This document shows positions 37,280 through 47,370 of a DNA stretch of 64,000 nt, piece by piece. This DNA comes from Promethearchaeota archaeon (lineage in GTDB: Archaea; Asgardarchaeota; Hermodarchaeia; Hermodarchaeales; Hermodarchaeaceae), in NCBI GenBank assembly GCA_048939595.1, contig JBHLPI010000003.1, positions 2,366 through 66,365 of the forward strand, in the 5' to 3' direction. The position numbers and the translations under genes are program-made. Positions within the stretch are counted from its first letter, which is position 1. Each line of letters opens with the position of its first letter. Under the pieces are notes generated by a model, which was given only the letters and a program-made list of their open reading frames with translations, did not search any database and was not told where the DNA came from.

Positions 37280-37540
37280 TTGAAAACCGTGGAGAACCAG
37301 CCAATCAAGATTTTACAAAAAGCAGCTAGTAACCTAGTTTTAATCAAACTTAAAGACGGAAAAGAATACCGAGGTCGGCTCAAAGAAATTGACATGTATA
37401 TGAATCTCGTATTGGAAGGGGCCGAGGAATTAATGGATGGAAACCCAACAGCAAAATTTGGTGAGGTTCTCATCCGAGGGAATAATATTCTGTACATAAA
37501 GCCAGATCTGACCCAAATCATTTGGGAAAATAAAGAATAG
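37280..37540 (+). CDS. Sm-like (LSm) archaeal protein
   Basis: Sm1 LVLIKLKDGKEYRGRLKEIDMYMNLVL and Sm2 VLIRGNNILYI motifs. Confidence 0.85.
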   Translation: MKTVENQPIKILQKAASNLVLIKLKDGKEYRGRLKEIDMYMNLVLEGAEELMDGNPTAKFGEVLIRGNNILYIKPDLTQIIWENKE

Positions 37541-37545
37541 CAACT

Positions 37546-39618
37546 CTATTTTCGTTTAGATTCTTGATTTCGTCTCTCTTCGCGGTATTCGTTAATAAGA
37601 CGTTCTAAGGAGTTTGCAGCTTCTTCGTGTTCTGAAATCTTATGGAGTTTTTGCCATCGACTAATTTCTGTTTCCAGCTCCTCAATATTTACCACTGCAA
37701 ACTCATCCACCATAGTGATTCGAAGTTTTGATGCATCGAGAACGGGAATTTGAGCAGATGTAAATTGCTCGAGAGCTAAATGCGACATGATTCCTCTTGA
37801 GATGATAACCTGAACACCAAATTGGATTAATTGATCTGCAGTTGAGCTACCACCCCCACTTGGATCTTGTATCAATACAAGTTTTCGTCTCTTTCTCGTA
37901 TACCGTGTTCTTAACCGTCTAATCTCTTCTTGAGAAAAGTGTGGTAATACTAGGAGTGGTTGAACTTCACCCCGATTTTCAAGTTGCCGCATAAGTTTCA
38001 GATTTGAAATTATTTGTTCAGCTGCGTGTAATCTCGTATTTGTTTTCTGAATTGATGTCTGTAGGCGTGCTATTTCTGAATTCTTTCTTTGAATTAATTC
38101 ATCACGTCGTTGTTCCCGTTGTTCAGCAATAAGTATTCGATTCAATTGACGTTTAGTTTGTTGGTACTCTTTCTCAAGGTCCTTTAACGCTTCTTGGGAT
38201 TGATGCAGCTTTGACTTTTCGAATTCTAGCTGACGCTGAAGAGAGTCGACTTGGCGGCGTAATTGAGAATTTATATTCTGGAGACTTTCAAGCGTTGGTT
38301 CTGTATCTCTTTTTGAAGATGAGTGTATTATTGGCGTTTCTGTGGCTATTTCGTTTTCTGAAATAACTGATTTTTCCAAAGCCTCGCTGATTGATCCGTT
38401 CTGTATGACTATCTTCACCGCTTCTGTCAAATCGCATTTTTGTTCCATGTTAGCAATTCGAGCTTTCAACAAGTCAATTCTTTGCCCATAAACTTGAAAG
38501 GCACTGGCTATTGCCGCTAAAGCATCACGTTGATGAGCGTTTCGAGGTTGTATCTTCGAGTCCTCAGCAAAAGCTTTTGCTAGCTTTCGTTTTTCGACTA
38601 CTGATAACAGTCGTTCAGGGACAAAAAGATGAGTTTGCAGAGTAGTACTTAGCTTCTCAATGAAGCTTGGTGCAGGAGAAACATCAGAAGCTATTAGTAC
38701 TGGTTTTCCGTACTCAACCAGAAGTCTAATAACATCTCCTCTTGATAGCCCCCGACCACTATGAAGCGCAAGTAATCGTCCATTAATATCAGCGATTGCA
38801 ATTCCAACTGTTGTCCCAGCATCCACACCGATTACAAGTAAACGACGAACGTCATATTGGTCCTTCATAAGTTTCTCTTGCTGATACAATATTGTCCGAT
38901 GCTTAACAGGAGAAATTCGAACAGCAACACCTGCGATCCGGTTAATTTCTGGATGTACAATTTTACTCACATTGTCATATGACTCATAAATGTGAATTAG
39001 GCAACGAGAGAGCCCATAGGCTGTACGTGTCTCGAATTGATCATAATCAATGTGGGCTTTCCTGATTTTTTCAATTATACTTCGTGCAACTTGTTGAATT
39101 GCTCCGTGCATTCGTCTTTGAAAACGAGCTTGGGAAAAACCACCAGGACCGATGTTACGAGCCCGTGAAACAGTAACACGTGTTTCTCGTGCTAAGACGG
39201 AAACTTCCGTTCCAATCCCTATCGCAGCGAGTTGAACAATTAACTTCGCTGTTTCTTCAGCCTCCGGGTGACTGTTTACTTTGAGCCCCTGTCTCTTTGC
39301 TAGCTTTGTTAGTGATGTCATGCCATGTATTGGAGATCCTGTTACCTGGATAATTCGGGTTTTTGATGGAATTTTCGAGAGAAAATCAATAACCCCCTTC
39401 TCTGTGGAAGCTAGTTCAAAGAGATTATCAGTAGCAAGTATTTCCGGTTTGATTCGACGAATTTGCTTTAACATTTCGGTGCGAGTTATTGGGCTCTTAA
39501 CCTCTAAACGCCCCTCATTTGAAGCAGCCAAAGCATATCGAGGTGATTTTCGTGCTAAAGAGGAGCTTTGTGGAAGAATGTCGAACCCCATTATTAATGG
39601 CGGATTTGGTTTAGTCAT
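37546..39618 (-). CDS. DUF460/COG2433-family protein (predicted RNase H-fold nuclease with coiled coil)
   Basis: N-terminal IMGFDI..., a second LLVIGVDAGTTVGIAIADINGR segment and a long central coiled coil; size and layout match archaeal DUF460. Confidence 0.65.
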   Translation of the reverse strand: MTKPNPPLIMGFDILPQSSSLARKSPRYALAASNEGRLEVKSPITRTEMLKQIRRIKPEILATDNLFELASTEKGVIDFLSKIPSKTRIIQVTGSPIHGMTSLTKLAKRQGLKVNSHPEAEETAKLIVQLAAIGIGTEVSVLARETRVTVSRARNIGPGGFSQARFQRRMHGAIQQVARSIIEKIRKAHIDYDQFETRTAYGLSRCLIHIYESYDNVSKIVHPEINRIAGVAVRISPVKHRTILYQQEKLMKDQYDVRRLLVIGVDAGTTVGIAIADINGRLLALHSGRGLSRGDVIRLLVEYGKPVLIASDVSPAPSFIEKLSTTLQTHLFVPERLLSVVEKRKLAKAFAEDSKIQPRNAHQRDALAAIASAFQVYGQRIDLLKARIANMEQKCDLTEAVKIVIQNGSISEALEKSVISENEIATETPIIHSSSKRDTEPTLESLQNINSQLRRQVDSLQRQLEFEKSKLHQSQEALKDLEKEYQQTKRQLNRILIAEQREQRRDELIQRKNSEIARLQTSIQKTNTRLHAAEQIISNLKLMRQLENRGEVQPLLVLPHFSQEEIRRLRTRYTRKRRKLVLIQDPSGGGSSTADQLIQFGVQVIISRGIMSHLALEQFTSAQIPVLDASKLRITMVDEFAVVNIEELETEISRWQKLHKISEHEEAANSLERLINEYREERRNQESKRK

Positions 39619-40519
39619 TCTTTCTCTTCCTTCGTGAACTGGCGATTATTGTCTCAAGAATTTCATTAACGTCATATTGAAGACGAAATCTACGTCTGAA
39701 GAAGGTAGCTACATTCGTGATATCACGCTTGAGTAACCATAAAGCGTTGGGATGTGTTAAAGGCTGCCATTGTGGCCAATCGAAGAGAATTATTTGACCT
39801 CCTTCATCGACAAAGATGTTGTATTCACTTAAATCGCCATGAATTATTTCAGCTTCTACGTAGGCAAGTCTTATTTGCTGGACTATCCTTTCGAAAACAT
39901 TCTGTGGTTCTTTGAAGTCCATAATATCTAGGAGTAGGTGACCTGATATCTTTGACATTACGATTACATGGCGGTTAACAGCTAGGGGATTAGGAACCTT
40001 GCCTCCTACGTTCTTAAGTTTCTTAAGGGCTGCAAATTCACGGGTTGCAGCGCGTTTACTCAAATCCATCCACGAATAGGTCGGCTCCTCTTTCATTGTT
40101 CTTAGTCGACGAACACTTCGAAAGCTTGATCGTCCCCACCGGAGAAATTTCACAGCAACTTCGTTATCTTGAGCATCAAGCGCACGGTAAACAGTGGCCT
40201 CTTTACCTTCCCCATAAGGTTGTCCTAAAGAAAGAATGACATCTTTTTGAGCTAGGTCATAAAGTGCTAAAGCATCGTATCCCATTTGAGAGAGCCGGTA
40301 ACCAAGATACCGTTTCTTCCTTCTTTGAACTAAACCTCGTTTATTCAGTTGGCTAAGAATGAACCGTACATCTTCTGCATCAATTGTAATTTTTTTCTGA
40401 ATCTCCTCTGGAGGAACATATTCAAAACGGTGAGCTATCTCTTCAAGTGATTGAAGAACCTGAATTTCTTCCGATTGGATCTCAGGGAGAGTCTTAGCCA
40501 GTCGATGCACATTGATCAC
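39611..40519 (-). CDS. rio2: RIO-type serine kinase Rio2
   Basis: N-terminal winged helix, GEGKEATVY glycine loop, IIHGDLSEYNIFV catalytic loop, LFDWPQ. Confidence 0.85.
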   Translation of the reverse strand: MINVHRLAKTLPEIQSEEIQVLQSLEEIAHRFEYVPPEEIQKKITIDAEDVRFILSQLNKRGLVQRRKKRYLGYRLSQMGYDALALYDLAQKDVILSLGQPYGEGKEATVYRALDAQDNEVAVKFLRWGRSSFRSVRRLRTMKEEPTYSWMDLSKRAATREFAALKKLKNVGGKVPNPLAVNRHVIVMSKISGHLLLDIMDFKEPQNVFERIVQQIRLAYVEAEIIHGDLSEYNIFVDEGGQIILFDWPQWQPLTHPNALWLLKRDITNVATFFRRRFRLQYDVNEILETIIASSRRKRKND

Positions 40520-40758
40520 ATGAAGTTCTTTATTACCACGAAAAAAGCTATTGGCACATTCTGATAAAAAACATGATTCTTTTCAAGCGACTTTAATGAG
40601 CTCCGATAATTCGCATCCGAATCTAATGAAGAAAACTTCGTTAAGGTGATTAAATGTTTAGATAACTCACCGCTTAATTAAATTGGGAAACGTATATTAG
40701 GGAGAGCCTATGAATTGCCTACTGACTCATCAAATCGCTGCGGTGGGAGTCCATTAAA

Positions 40759-41037
40759 TTGAATGAACGATTCGAAGTACCTGATGAAGAGGTGCCACGT
40801 GTGGCCAAAGCGCTTTCCAGCAAAACGAGGTGGAACATCATTTCTCTTCTTCGTGACAAGAGTATGGATGTGAGCCGTATCGCAAAAGCGCTAAAACAGA
40901 CTGAAGCAAATATTTCTGCTCAGGTGAAAATTCTTGAACAGGCTGGACTGATAAAAAGCCACTATGAACCAGGGGAGCATGGAGTCCGGAAGGTCTGCGA
41001 ACCAGCTGTAAAGCAGATTGTTATTACTGCAATCTAG
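40759..41037 (+). CDS. ArsR-family HTH regulator
   Basis: ALSSKTRWNIISLLRDKSMDVSRIAKALKQTEANISAQVKILEQAGLI. Confidence 0.75.
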   Translation: MNERFEVPDEEVPRVAKALSSKTRWNIISLLRDKSMDVSRIAKALKQTEANISAQVKILEQAGLIKSHYEPGEHGVRKVCEPAVKQIVITAI

Positions 41038-41128
41038 AACCACGCTCACATCTTATTTTCGAACAGTTATTTTTCTAGCCGCTGGGCGTACATTTATATG
41101 CTAATCGAAACACTGCTCAACTTCTCCC

Positions 41129-41413
41129 GTGAATGAAAGCACTAAACAAAGAGATGGTGATAGAAGCTTGTCAACAAGTAACTCTCGTTTTCGGATCCTT
41201 CTTAGTCGATTTGGCACGTTATTGGAATCGGTTTTCATCTTTATCTTGTTACTTAGTGGCATCGGCGTTGTCTTTATTGGAAAAATCACGGGCTTTCTTG
41301 AAGCTGGAATAATCCTTCTCACATTTGGACTTGCAGTCCAAGTGGTTGCCTTCATAATTCTTGGATTATATGCATACCTCCGGTTTTTGCGCAGCACAAT
41401 CACCGCACAGTAG
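41129..41413 (+). CDS. hypothetical small membrane protein
   Basis: Two clear hydrophobic helices (VFIFILLLSGIGVVFIG; GIILLTFGLAVQVVAFIILGLYAYL). Preferred over the overlapping minus-strand ORF. Confidence 0.3.
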   Translation: MNESTKQRDGDRSLSTSNSRFRILLSRFGTLLESVFIFILLLSGIGVVFIGKITGFLEAGIILLTFGLAVQVVAFIILGLYAYLRFLRSTITAQ

Positions 41414-41472
41414 TCTATCATTATTTATGAGTAGTTTAAGTAATGAATAAGCAATATGCTTGAGGGTAGCCG

Positions 41473-42051
41473 TTGGACTTCTTTCTTGGAATCACTACAG
41501 CAACTTTCGTTGTTATTCTTCTAGTGATTGCATCTATTCAGGATTACCAAACAAAAGAAGTCACTAATTGGGTTTGGCTCGTTGGACTTTTTGTTTCACC
41601 AATCACGATTATTCGTATAGCGTTCACTGGATTGTGGTTGGTTTATGGGTTTCAGATTTTGATAGCATTTATAATGGTAATATTTGGATTTCGATTTGGA
41701 TTTTTAGGTGGAGCAGATGGGAAAGCGATACTAATGATTTCTTTACTATATCCTTGGATCATTCTCGAGCCACTTTGGCTCTTAGTAGCGCCTTTGAGCA
41801 TTCTACTTGGAGGATTCGTTTTGCTCGGAGTCCACAGCCTATGGCTTATAATGCGAAACTTCTTGGTTTGGAAAAGGTTAGCAAAGTCTAGTACCATACT
41901 TCGTAAACCAGAAAGGAAGACTTATTGGCTGAACCGTTCCCTTTCTGAGCTGCACGCACAAGAAGAACAATGGAACATGGTTGAAGTTCCGTTGATCCTC
42001 TATTTCTGCATAGTATTCGTTAGTTTACTAATTCTGACCACTTTGTTGTGA
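41473..42051 (+). CDS. A24-family prepilin/preflagellin peptidase
   Basis: Polytopic membrane protein with the first Asp in SIQDYQTKEV and the second in GGADGKAILM. Confidence 0.7.
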   Translation: MDFFLGITTATFVVILLVIASIQDYQTKEVTNWVWLVGLFVSPITIIRIAFTGLWLVYGFQILIAFIMVIFGFRFGFLGGADGKAILMISLLYPWIILEPLWLLVAPLSILLGGFVLLGVHSLWLIMRNFLVWKRLAKSSTILRKPERKTYWLNRSLSELHAQEEQWNMVEVPLILYFCIVFVSLLILTTLL

Positions 42052-42066
42052 GTTGGTTCGTAGGGA

Positions 42067-42807
42067 TTAGAGTTCGCCACCAGGCATTACGACTAGCCCA
42101 GAACTACTGATTTCAAAGGGGAACCGTTTTAGGCTATGGCCTGTTTGCCGCATCTTTCGAACAACAAGACTGCGACGTAATTCCCGATCTTGTTCTGTTA
42201 GTGAGAGAATGATAAGGCCTTGAGCAATGAATTCTTCAACCCCATACCTGCTAAATCCAGTTGAGCCTTCTGCTACTTCAGAGGTCATGATTGATGTTGC
42301 CCCCAGCTCGCGTAAAAGACTAGATAACTTGAAAATAGCATTTCTCACTGCAGCTATTCCTTCAAAACGGATACCGAGACCAGATACCGAATCGATGACA
42401 ATGCGTCGTGCATTGATTCGCTTTGTTACTCGATAGATTTCTTGTGCAAGTGCATTGATGTCAAGTCCTGTTCGAATTGCGTGTGGTTCTGTGGTTGGTA
42501 GCCCCGCTTTACTTGAAGCCGCGTCAACGATGATGAGTTTTTCTTCTTCCTGCAATTTCTCAAAGTTCCATCCGAATCGCGTTGCTTCGTGGCGCAACTC
42601 TTTTGGTCGTTCTTCTAAGGTAACAAACACACCGTTGTCACCATATTTCATTGCACCCGAATACAGAAACTGCATGCAGAAGATTGTTTTTCCAGTGCCA
42701 GCCCCTCCTGAGACGAGCACGTTACTTCCAGGGATGAATCCTCCATGCAGGATGCCGTCTAACCCTGGAATTCCAGTCTTCACCCTTTCCGATGTCTCAG
42801 ACATCAT
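42067..42807 (-). CDS. KaiC/RecA-superfamily ATPase (single domain)
   Basis: TGIPGLDGILHGGF, Walker A GGAGTGKT, LIIVDA Walker B. Confidence 0.8.
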   Translation of the reverse strand: MMSETSERVKTGIPGLDGILHGGFIPGSNVLVSGGAGTGKTIFCMQFLYSGAMKYGDNGVFVTLEERPKELRHEATRFGWNFEKLQEEEKLIIVDAASSKAGLPTTEPHAIRTGLDINALAQEIYRVTKRINARRIVIDSVSGLGIRFEGIAAVRNAIFKLSSLLRELGATSIMTSEVAEGSTGFSRYGVEEFIAQGLIILSLTEQDRELRRSLVVRKMRQTGHSLKRFPFEISSSGLVVMPGGEL

Positions 42808-43324
42808 CTTTTTCCTCCGATATGATTATAGGCAAGCCTGTGCCAATTAGGCTATCACCTTTTGTTGGTTGTTTCAAAAACCATAACTTTGCATCGACAA
42901 CATCCGGGTTGTCTTTTAATCTATCAAAAATTTCTTCAAGATCCGTTGTCCGTTTACCGAGAATAATCGTAAAGATTCCGGTTTCTGTTTCATTCAGAGC
43001 AAGAAATATGACGTTCGGTCGGCTTTCAAGTTCTGCTTTAATTTTCTGGGTGTGCTCTATTGTAATATCACGTAAAATATGTCCACCAATTTCAATGAAC
43101 ATTACACCCGAGACAGTATAACCCAGCATCTCTTGATCTATGCTCACAGTGAACCGTTTTATTACTCCAGCTTGCTGGAGTTTTCGAATACGAAATAGAA
43201 TGGTTGTATCTGGGATGTTTTGATTCATCACTTTGGATAAGGTTCTAGCGATTTGTGTATATTTTGCTCGCCCATCATTTTGGAGTAGAGAGAGGATGTG
43301 TAAATCCTTGTCATCCAGTTTCAC
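42797..43324 (-). CDS. Lrp/AsnC-family regulator
   Basis: LDDKDLHILSLLQNDGRAKYTQIARTL HTH plus a C-terminal RAM-like domain; overlaps the KaiC-like gene by 11 nt. Confidence 0.7.
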   Translation of the reverse strand: MKLDDKDLHILSLLQNDGRAKYTQIARTLSKVMNQNIPDTTILFRIRKLQQAGVIKRFTVSIDQEMLGYTVSGVMFIEIGGHILRDITIEHTQKIKAELESRPNVIFLALNETETGIFTIILGKRTTDLEEIFDRLKDNPDVVDAKLWFLKQPTKGDSLIGTGLPIIISEEKDDV

Positions 43325-43428
43325 TTAACTCCCTCGAGGATAAAATGCATAAAACGCCACTAGGAATGGTCACCTATTAAGGTTTCCTCAAAATGCTATG
43401 ATATTTTAGACGAAATCCTTAATGAAAT

Positions 43429-43785
43429 TCAAGGAGGTAACATCGAATAATAATAGGTGAAATTAAATGCCAAGAACCAAATTACCAGGAAAATTAAGGC
43501 ACCAGTTCCCAGACCTTTCATTAGCCCCTTCCCGTGCCCACCGATTTCTTTAGGATCCACGCCAAGAATATAGATTGGAATTAAATAGGACACTACAACC
43601 AAGATGATGCCAACAAGAAAGCCCACCCACCCCAAGAGACCCGAAAGGTTAAAGGCTAAGGCAATTGCTGCACCAATAAGGCCGAAAATGAGCCGGGTAT
43701 AATAAATCAAATCTTCAGGAGTTATGCGATTACGCCAGAATTGGTTCCATGGTAATGGTTCTTCGGGAAGGGACTTTTTAGACAA
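43429..43785 (-). CDS. EMC6/Rab5ip-like small membrane protein
   Basis: YTRLIFGLIGAAIALAFNLSGLLGW and GLGTGALIFLVIWFLAFNFTYYY line up with my recollection of human EMC6 ([25 protein letters not shown] ... [23 protein letters not shown]). Remote similarity, unverified. Confidence 0.45.
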   Translation of the reverse strand: MSKKSLPEEPLPWNQFWRNRITPEDLIYYTRLIFGLIGAAIALAFNLSGLLGWVGFLVGIILVVVSYLIPIYILGVDPKEIGGHGKGLMKGLGTGALIFLVIWFLAFNFTYYYSMLPP

Positions 43786-43797
43786 TGGTGAGCCTCC

Positions 43798-45807
43798 GTG
43801 AATTCGAGTATGTCAGCTTCTGATGTTTTTGTGATGCTTCGTGAAATCAAGGATATATTAATCGGGAGATGGATTCTGAATATTTATCAACTTAACGGTA
43901 CGCTGCTTTTTAAATTCAGTTCTGATTCACCAAATAAAATCTGGTTATTAATTGAGCCTGGAAAGCGAATGCACCTCACTTCACTCACTTATGAGAGGGA
44001 GGCAAAACTCCGCTCGTTTTGTAAAGCACTCCGAACGCAGTTACGTAATCATAAAGTCTCAGACATCGAGCAACACGACTTTGATAGGGTAGTCTATCTT
44101 CGAGCAGGACCCGAAGAAAATCGTTTCACATTAGTCATCGAGCTCTTTGGGGGTGGAAATGCGATATTACTCGATCCCCAGAACAGAATAATTTCAGCAA
44201 TGACCTTTCGCCGTATGAGAGACCGAGATATCGTTCGAGGAGCACCATTTCAGTTTCCACCACTCAGAGCCATGGATCCTCGTGACATTTCAAAGGAAAC
44301 CTTGGATGAGATATTGGACCAATCAGATCATGACTTAATTCGCACATTAGCACGGAACTTGAATATGAGTGGAGTAACCGTTGAAGAAATACTAGCAACT
44401 GCTAAACTTGAACCAACATCAATAGCTTCAGGTCTAAATGCGAAAAAGAGGAAAACTCTCCAAATCGCATTGAAGAGATATTTCCGTACTCTAGCAAAAG
44501 AACCCTTGAGTCCACAAATTATCTTTAACGAAGCTGATGAACCTGTTCGGGTTGTTCCCCTTTCAAGTGCTGTCCATCAAAATGCGAAGACTAAGAAATT
44601 TGATAGTTTTAATGAAGCACTTGATGAGTTTTATTCTTCACACACCGAAGATAATGCGGTTGACCTTGTCGAGAATAAGTATCAACAGGAGTTGGCAAAA
44701 CTCCAACGATTACGAAATCAACAACAAGAACACCTCGATACAATGCAAGCTCGTGCGGCTCAAAGCCGCGAATCTGCTAATGCGATTCACCAAAATCTCC
44801 CAATTGTTGAAGAACTTCTATCAACAATTCAAAAAGCCCGTCGACAGAATATTTCATGGCTTGAGATTTCTGAACGTCTAGAAGAAGGGAGGCGTAAGGA
44901 AATCCCCGCAGCGATGATTTTTCGGAAAGTAGATCAGCATTCAGGACGAGTTCATATTCAATTTGATGAAGTAACTGTAACAATAGATATTCGATTATCT
45001 GCAGCTGATAACGCGAATCAATTATTCCAACGCAGCAAGCAATTGGAGAAGAAAGTCAAAGGTGCAGCAATAGCAATAGAAGACACGGAAACAAAAATCG
45101 CTAAGCTTTACGAGAAACGGCAAGAAGAATTGATACAAGTAGCCACGGAGAAACCAGTTCTCCGGCGAAAGAAGCATTGGTATGAAAAGTTCCGGTGGTT
45201 TCGAACATCAAATGGCACACTCGTTTTGGGAGGCCGCGATGCAGGAAGTAATCAGCAATTAATCCGCAAATATCTTGAAGACTCCGATTTATTTTTCCAC
45301 GCAGATTTTGCGGGAGCTCCTATCGTAATTGTAAAAACTGAAAGGCAAAAAATCACAGAGCTTGAGTTACAGGAGATTGCGTCTTTTGCTGTCAGTTATT
45401 CACGTGCGTGGAAAGCAGGATGGAGTACAGCGGATACATATTGGGTTAGCAGTGACCAAGTCTCTTTAAGCGCACCGTCCGGAGAGTTTCTTCCAAAGGG
45501 TTCGGTTATGGTTCGTGGGGAAAGAAACTATGTTCGGAATGCACCAGTAGGTATTGCCGTGGGCGTTGTGGTTGAAGATGATTTTCCAATTATAATTGCG
45601 GGTCCTGAGTCATCAATTCAAAGGCAGACAGATGTGTTTACGAAGTTGATTCCTGGAAAAATGAAGGTTTCAGATGCCGCGAAGCGTTTACGTAAGCAGT
45701 TTGCGGATCAGGTCTCTGAGTCGATAAAAGCAGAAGTTCAGGCTTTGAGTATTGATGAAATTATCGCTGTATTGCCTCCTGGTTCCGTCGACTTTGTAAG
45801 CGAATAA
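43798..45807 (+). CDS. NFACT-family ribosome quality-control protein (Rqc2/NEMF/RqcH homologue)
   Basis: NFACT-N start, central coiled coil, and NFACT-R/DUF814 motif WFRTSNGTLVLGGRDAGSNQQL...DLFFHADFAGAP. Confidence 0.85.
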   Translation: MNSSMSASDVFVMLREIKDILIGRWILNIYQLNGTLLFKFSSDSPNKIWLLIEPGKRMHLTSLTYEREAKLRSFCKALRTQLRNHKVSDIEQHDFDRVVYLRAGPEENRFTLVIELFGGGNAILLDPQNRIISAMTFRRMRDRDIVRGAPFQFPPLRAMDPRDISKETLDEILDQSDHDLIRTLARNLNMSGVTVEEILATAKLEPTSIASGLNAKKRKTLQIALKRYFRTLAKEPLSPQIIFNEADEPVRVVPLSSAVHQNAKTKKFDSFNEALDEFYSSHTEDNAVDLVENKYQQELAKLQRLRNQQQEHLDTMQARAAQSRESANAIHQNLPIVEELLSTIQKARRQNISWLEISERLEEGRRKEIPAAMIFRKVDQHSGRVHIQFDEVTVTIDIRLSAADNANQLFQRSKQLEKKVKGAAIAIEDTETKIAKLYEKRQEELIQVATEKPVLRRKKHWYEKFRWFRTSNGTLVLGGRDAGSNQQLIRKYLEDSDLFFHADFAGAPIVIVKTERQKITELELQEIASFAVSYSRAWKAGWSTADTYWVSSDQVSLSAPSGEFLPKGSVMVRGERNYVRNAPVGIAVGVVVEDDFPIIIAGPESSIQRQTDVFTKLIPGKMKVSDAAKRLRKQFADQVSESIKAEVQALSIDEIIAVLPPGSVDFVSE

Positions 45808-45888
45808 ATAACCAAATTTATACATCAAATGTAAGAGCCAAACTATTTTGAAGTGAATTATTGAATATAATATTCAAAGGTGAGATAG

Positions 45889-46698
45889 GTGCAAGTAGAG
45901 AAAGTTATGGCTACTCCAGTAAAGACCATCGATAAGGATCAAACAGTACCTGTCGCGTTAGAAATTATGGAGAAATTAGGTATATCCGCGATTCCGGTAA
46001 CCGAAGAAAATAGGCTAATCGGATTAATCACAGAACTGGATATAGTTGATCGATTAGGATCCACACGTGCTGGAAAATTATCACCAGCGAGTATCCACAT
46101 CAGCTCAGTTATGGAGTTAAACCCCGAAGTTGTTGAACCAACAACAGATATGTTTGAAGCAGCTAAGAGGCTCTTCAAGCGTAAGGAGAGAGCCTTAACA
46201 GTGGTAGAAGACAACGAGATTGTTGGAATAATTACAAATACCCATTTCGTTCGGCAATGTCAGGAGATTGACAATATTAGTGTAGGTGATCTCCAACTAG
46301 AAAAACCAATTAGCGTAGCGCTATCTGATCGCGTAGTTCATGCTCGTCAGGTTTTATTAGCTGAGAACTTACCAGGGTTACCTGTTTTTGACGAAGGAAA
46401 TGTAGTAGGATTAGTTACAAAGAAACGTTTAGCCCTTGGATTTGCGGCATTTCGACGCGAAATCCCTGCAAAGTATCAAAGTACGAGATTACGCGATTTT
46501 CTAGTTTCCAACATTCTTACTCGAACTGAGCAAACAACAAGACCTTCCATGAAAGTTAGTGAAGCAGCTGACCTGCTTCTTCGAGAGCACCAACATCTTT
46601 TACCCGTTATGAAAAAAGAACAAATGGAGAATATTCTGATTAGACGTAATCTCGTCCAATTGGTAGCTAATCGATTTATCCCTCAGAATAAAACCTGA
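45889..46698 (+). CDS. CBS-domain protein (four CBS repeats)
   Basis: Repeated V..IM...v.tv......a...m.....i...PV... modules. Confidence 0.8.
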   Translation: MQVEKVMATPVKTIDKDQTVPVALEIMEKLGISAIPVTEENRLIGLITELDIVDRLGSTRAGKLSPASIHISSVMELNPEVVEPTTDMFEAAKRLFKRKERALTVVEDNEIVGIITNTHFVRQCQEIDNISVGDLQLEKPISVALSDRVVHARQVLLAENLPGLPVFDEGNVVGLVTKKRLALGFAAFRREIPAKYQSTRLRDFLVSNILTRTEQTTRPSMKVSEAADLLLREHQHLLPVMKKEQMENILIRRNLVQLVANRFIPQNKT

Positions 46699-46703
46699 GC
46701 CAT

Positions 46704-47369
46704 TTGGAGGCTCATGAATTGTCACGACTACTCAGTTTGGAGGAAGGAATCACCCTTACTCAATTTGCTAGAAGCGTGATTGAAAGCTTTATTCGAACAA
46801 AGCAACCCGCGCCTCTTTCAGAAAATCTAACAGAAACTTTACTTGAACCTCGTGGCGTCTTTGTTACATTAAAAAGGCGTAGGTCAATTAACAAAGCAGA
46901 ATGGGATTTAAGAGGATGTATTGGCCATTTGCAGCCGAGCCCAGGTAGTTACCAACAGTCATTATCACTTATCGAGGCAACTCAACGGGCTGCATTGGGC
47001 TCTGCCTTTGATGACCCAAGGTTCCCTTCTGTTCAGGAGTATGAACTCAACTCAATCTTGGTTGAAGTCAGCGTTCTAACGCAACCTGAAGAAATTATTT
47101 CTGAAGATCGAACAAAACTTTCGAAACATGTTAACGTTGGGAAAGATGGGCTAATCATCCATGGAAAGGGCTGGCATCGAGGGCTGCTTCTTCCGCAAGT
47201 GGCGCCAGAGCAAGGTTGGAATGCTGAGGAGTTTTTACAAGGTTGTTGTCAGAAAGCAGGATTACCACCTTCCTGTTTTCTAGACTTAGATGTTAGAATT
47301 TTCAAGTTTCAAGCACAGATTTTTGCGGAGACCTCACCTAACGGCGAAATCATAGAACGAAAATTGTAG
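46704..47369 (+). CDS. AMMECR1-domain protein
   Basis: RGVFVTLKRR...LRGCIGH motif and the LLPQV segment. Confidence 0.85.
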   Translation: MEAHELSRLLSLEEGITLTQFARSVIESFIRTKQPAPLSENLTETLLEPRGVFVTLKRRRSINKAEWDLRGCIGHLQPSPGSYQQSLSLIEATQRAALGSAFDDPRFPSVQEYELNSILVEVSVLTQPEEIISEDRTKLSKHVNVGKDGLIIHGKGWHRGLLLPQVAPEQGWNAEEFLQGCCQKAGLPPSCFLDLDVRIFKFQAQIFAETSPNGEIIERKL

Positions 47370-47370
47370 A

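Noticed and set aside
41101-41421. 106-aa minus-strand ORF overlapping the 94-aa plus-strand membrane ORF.
   Set aside because: The plus-strand product has two clean transmembrane helices and is co-directional with the flanking arsR and peptidase genes. The minus-strand product is basic and low-complexity. Neither is strongly supported.
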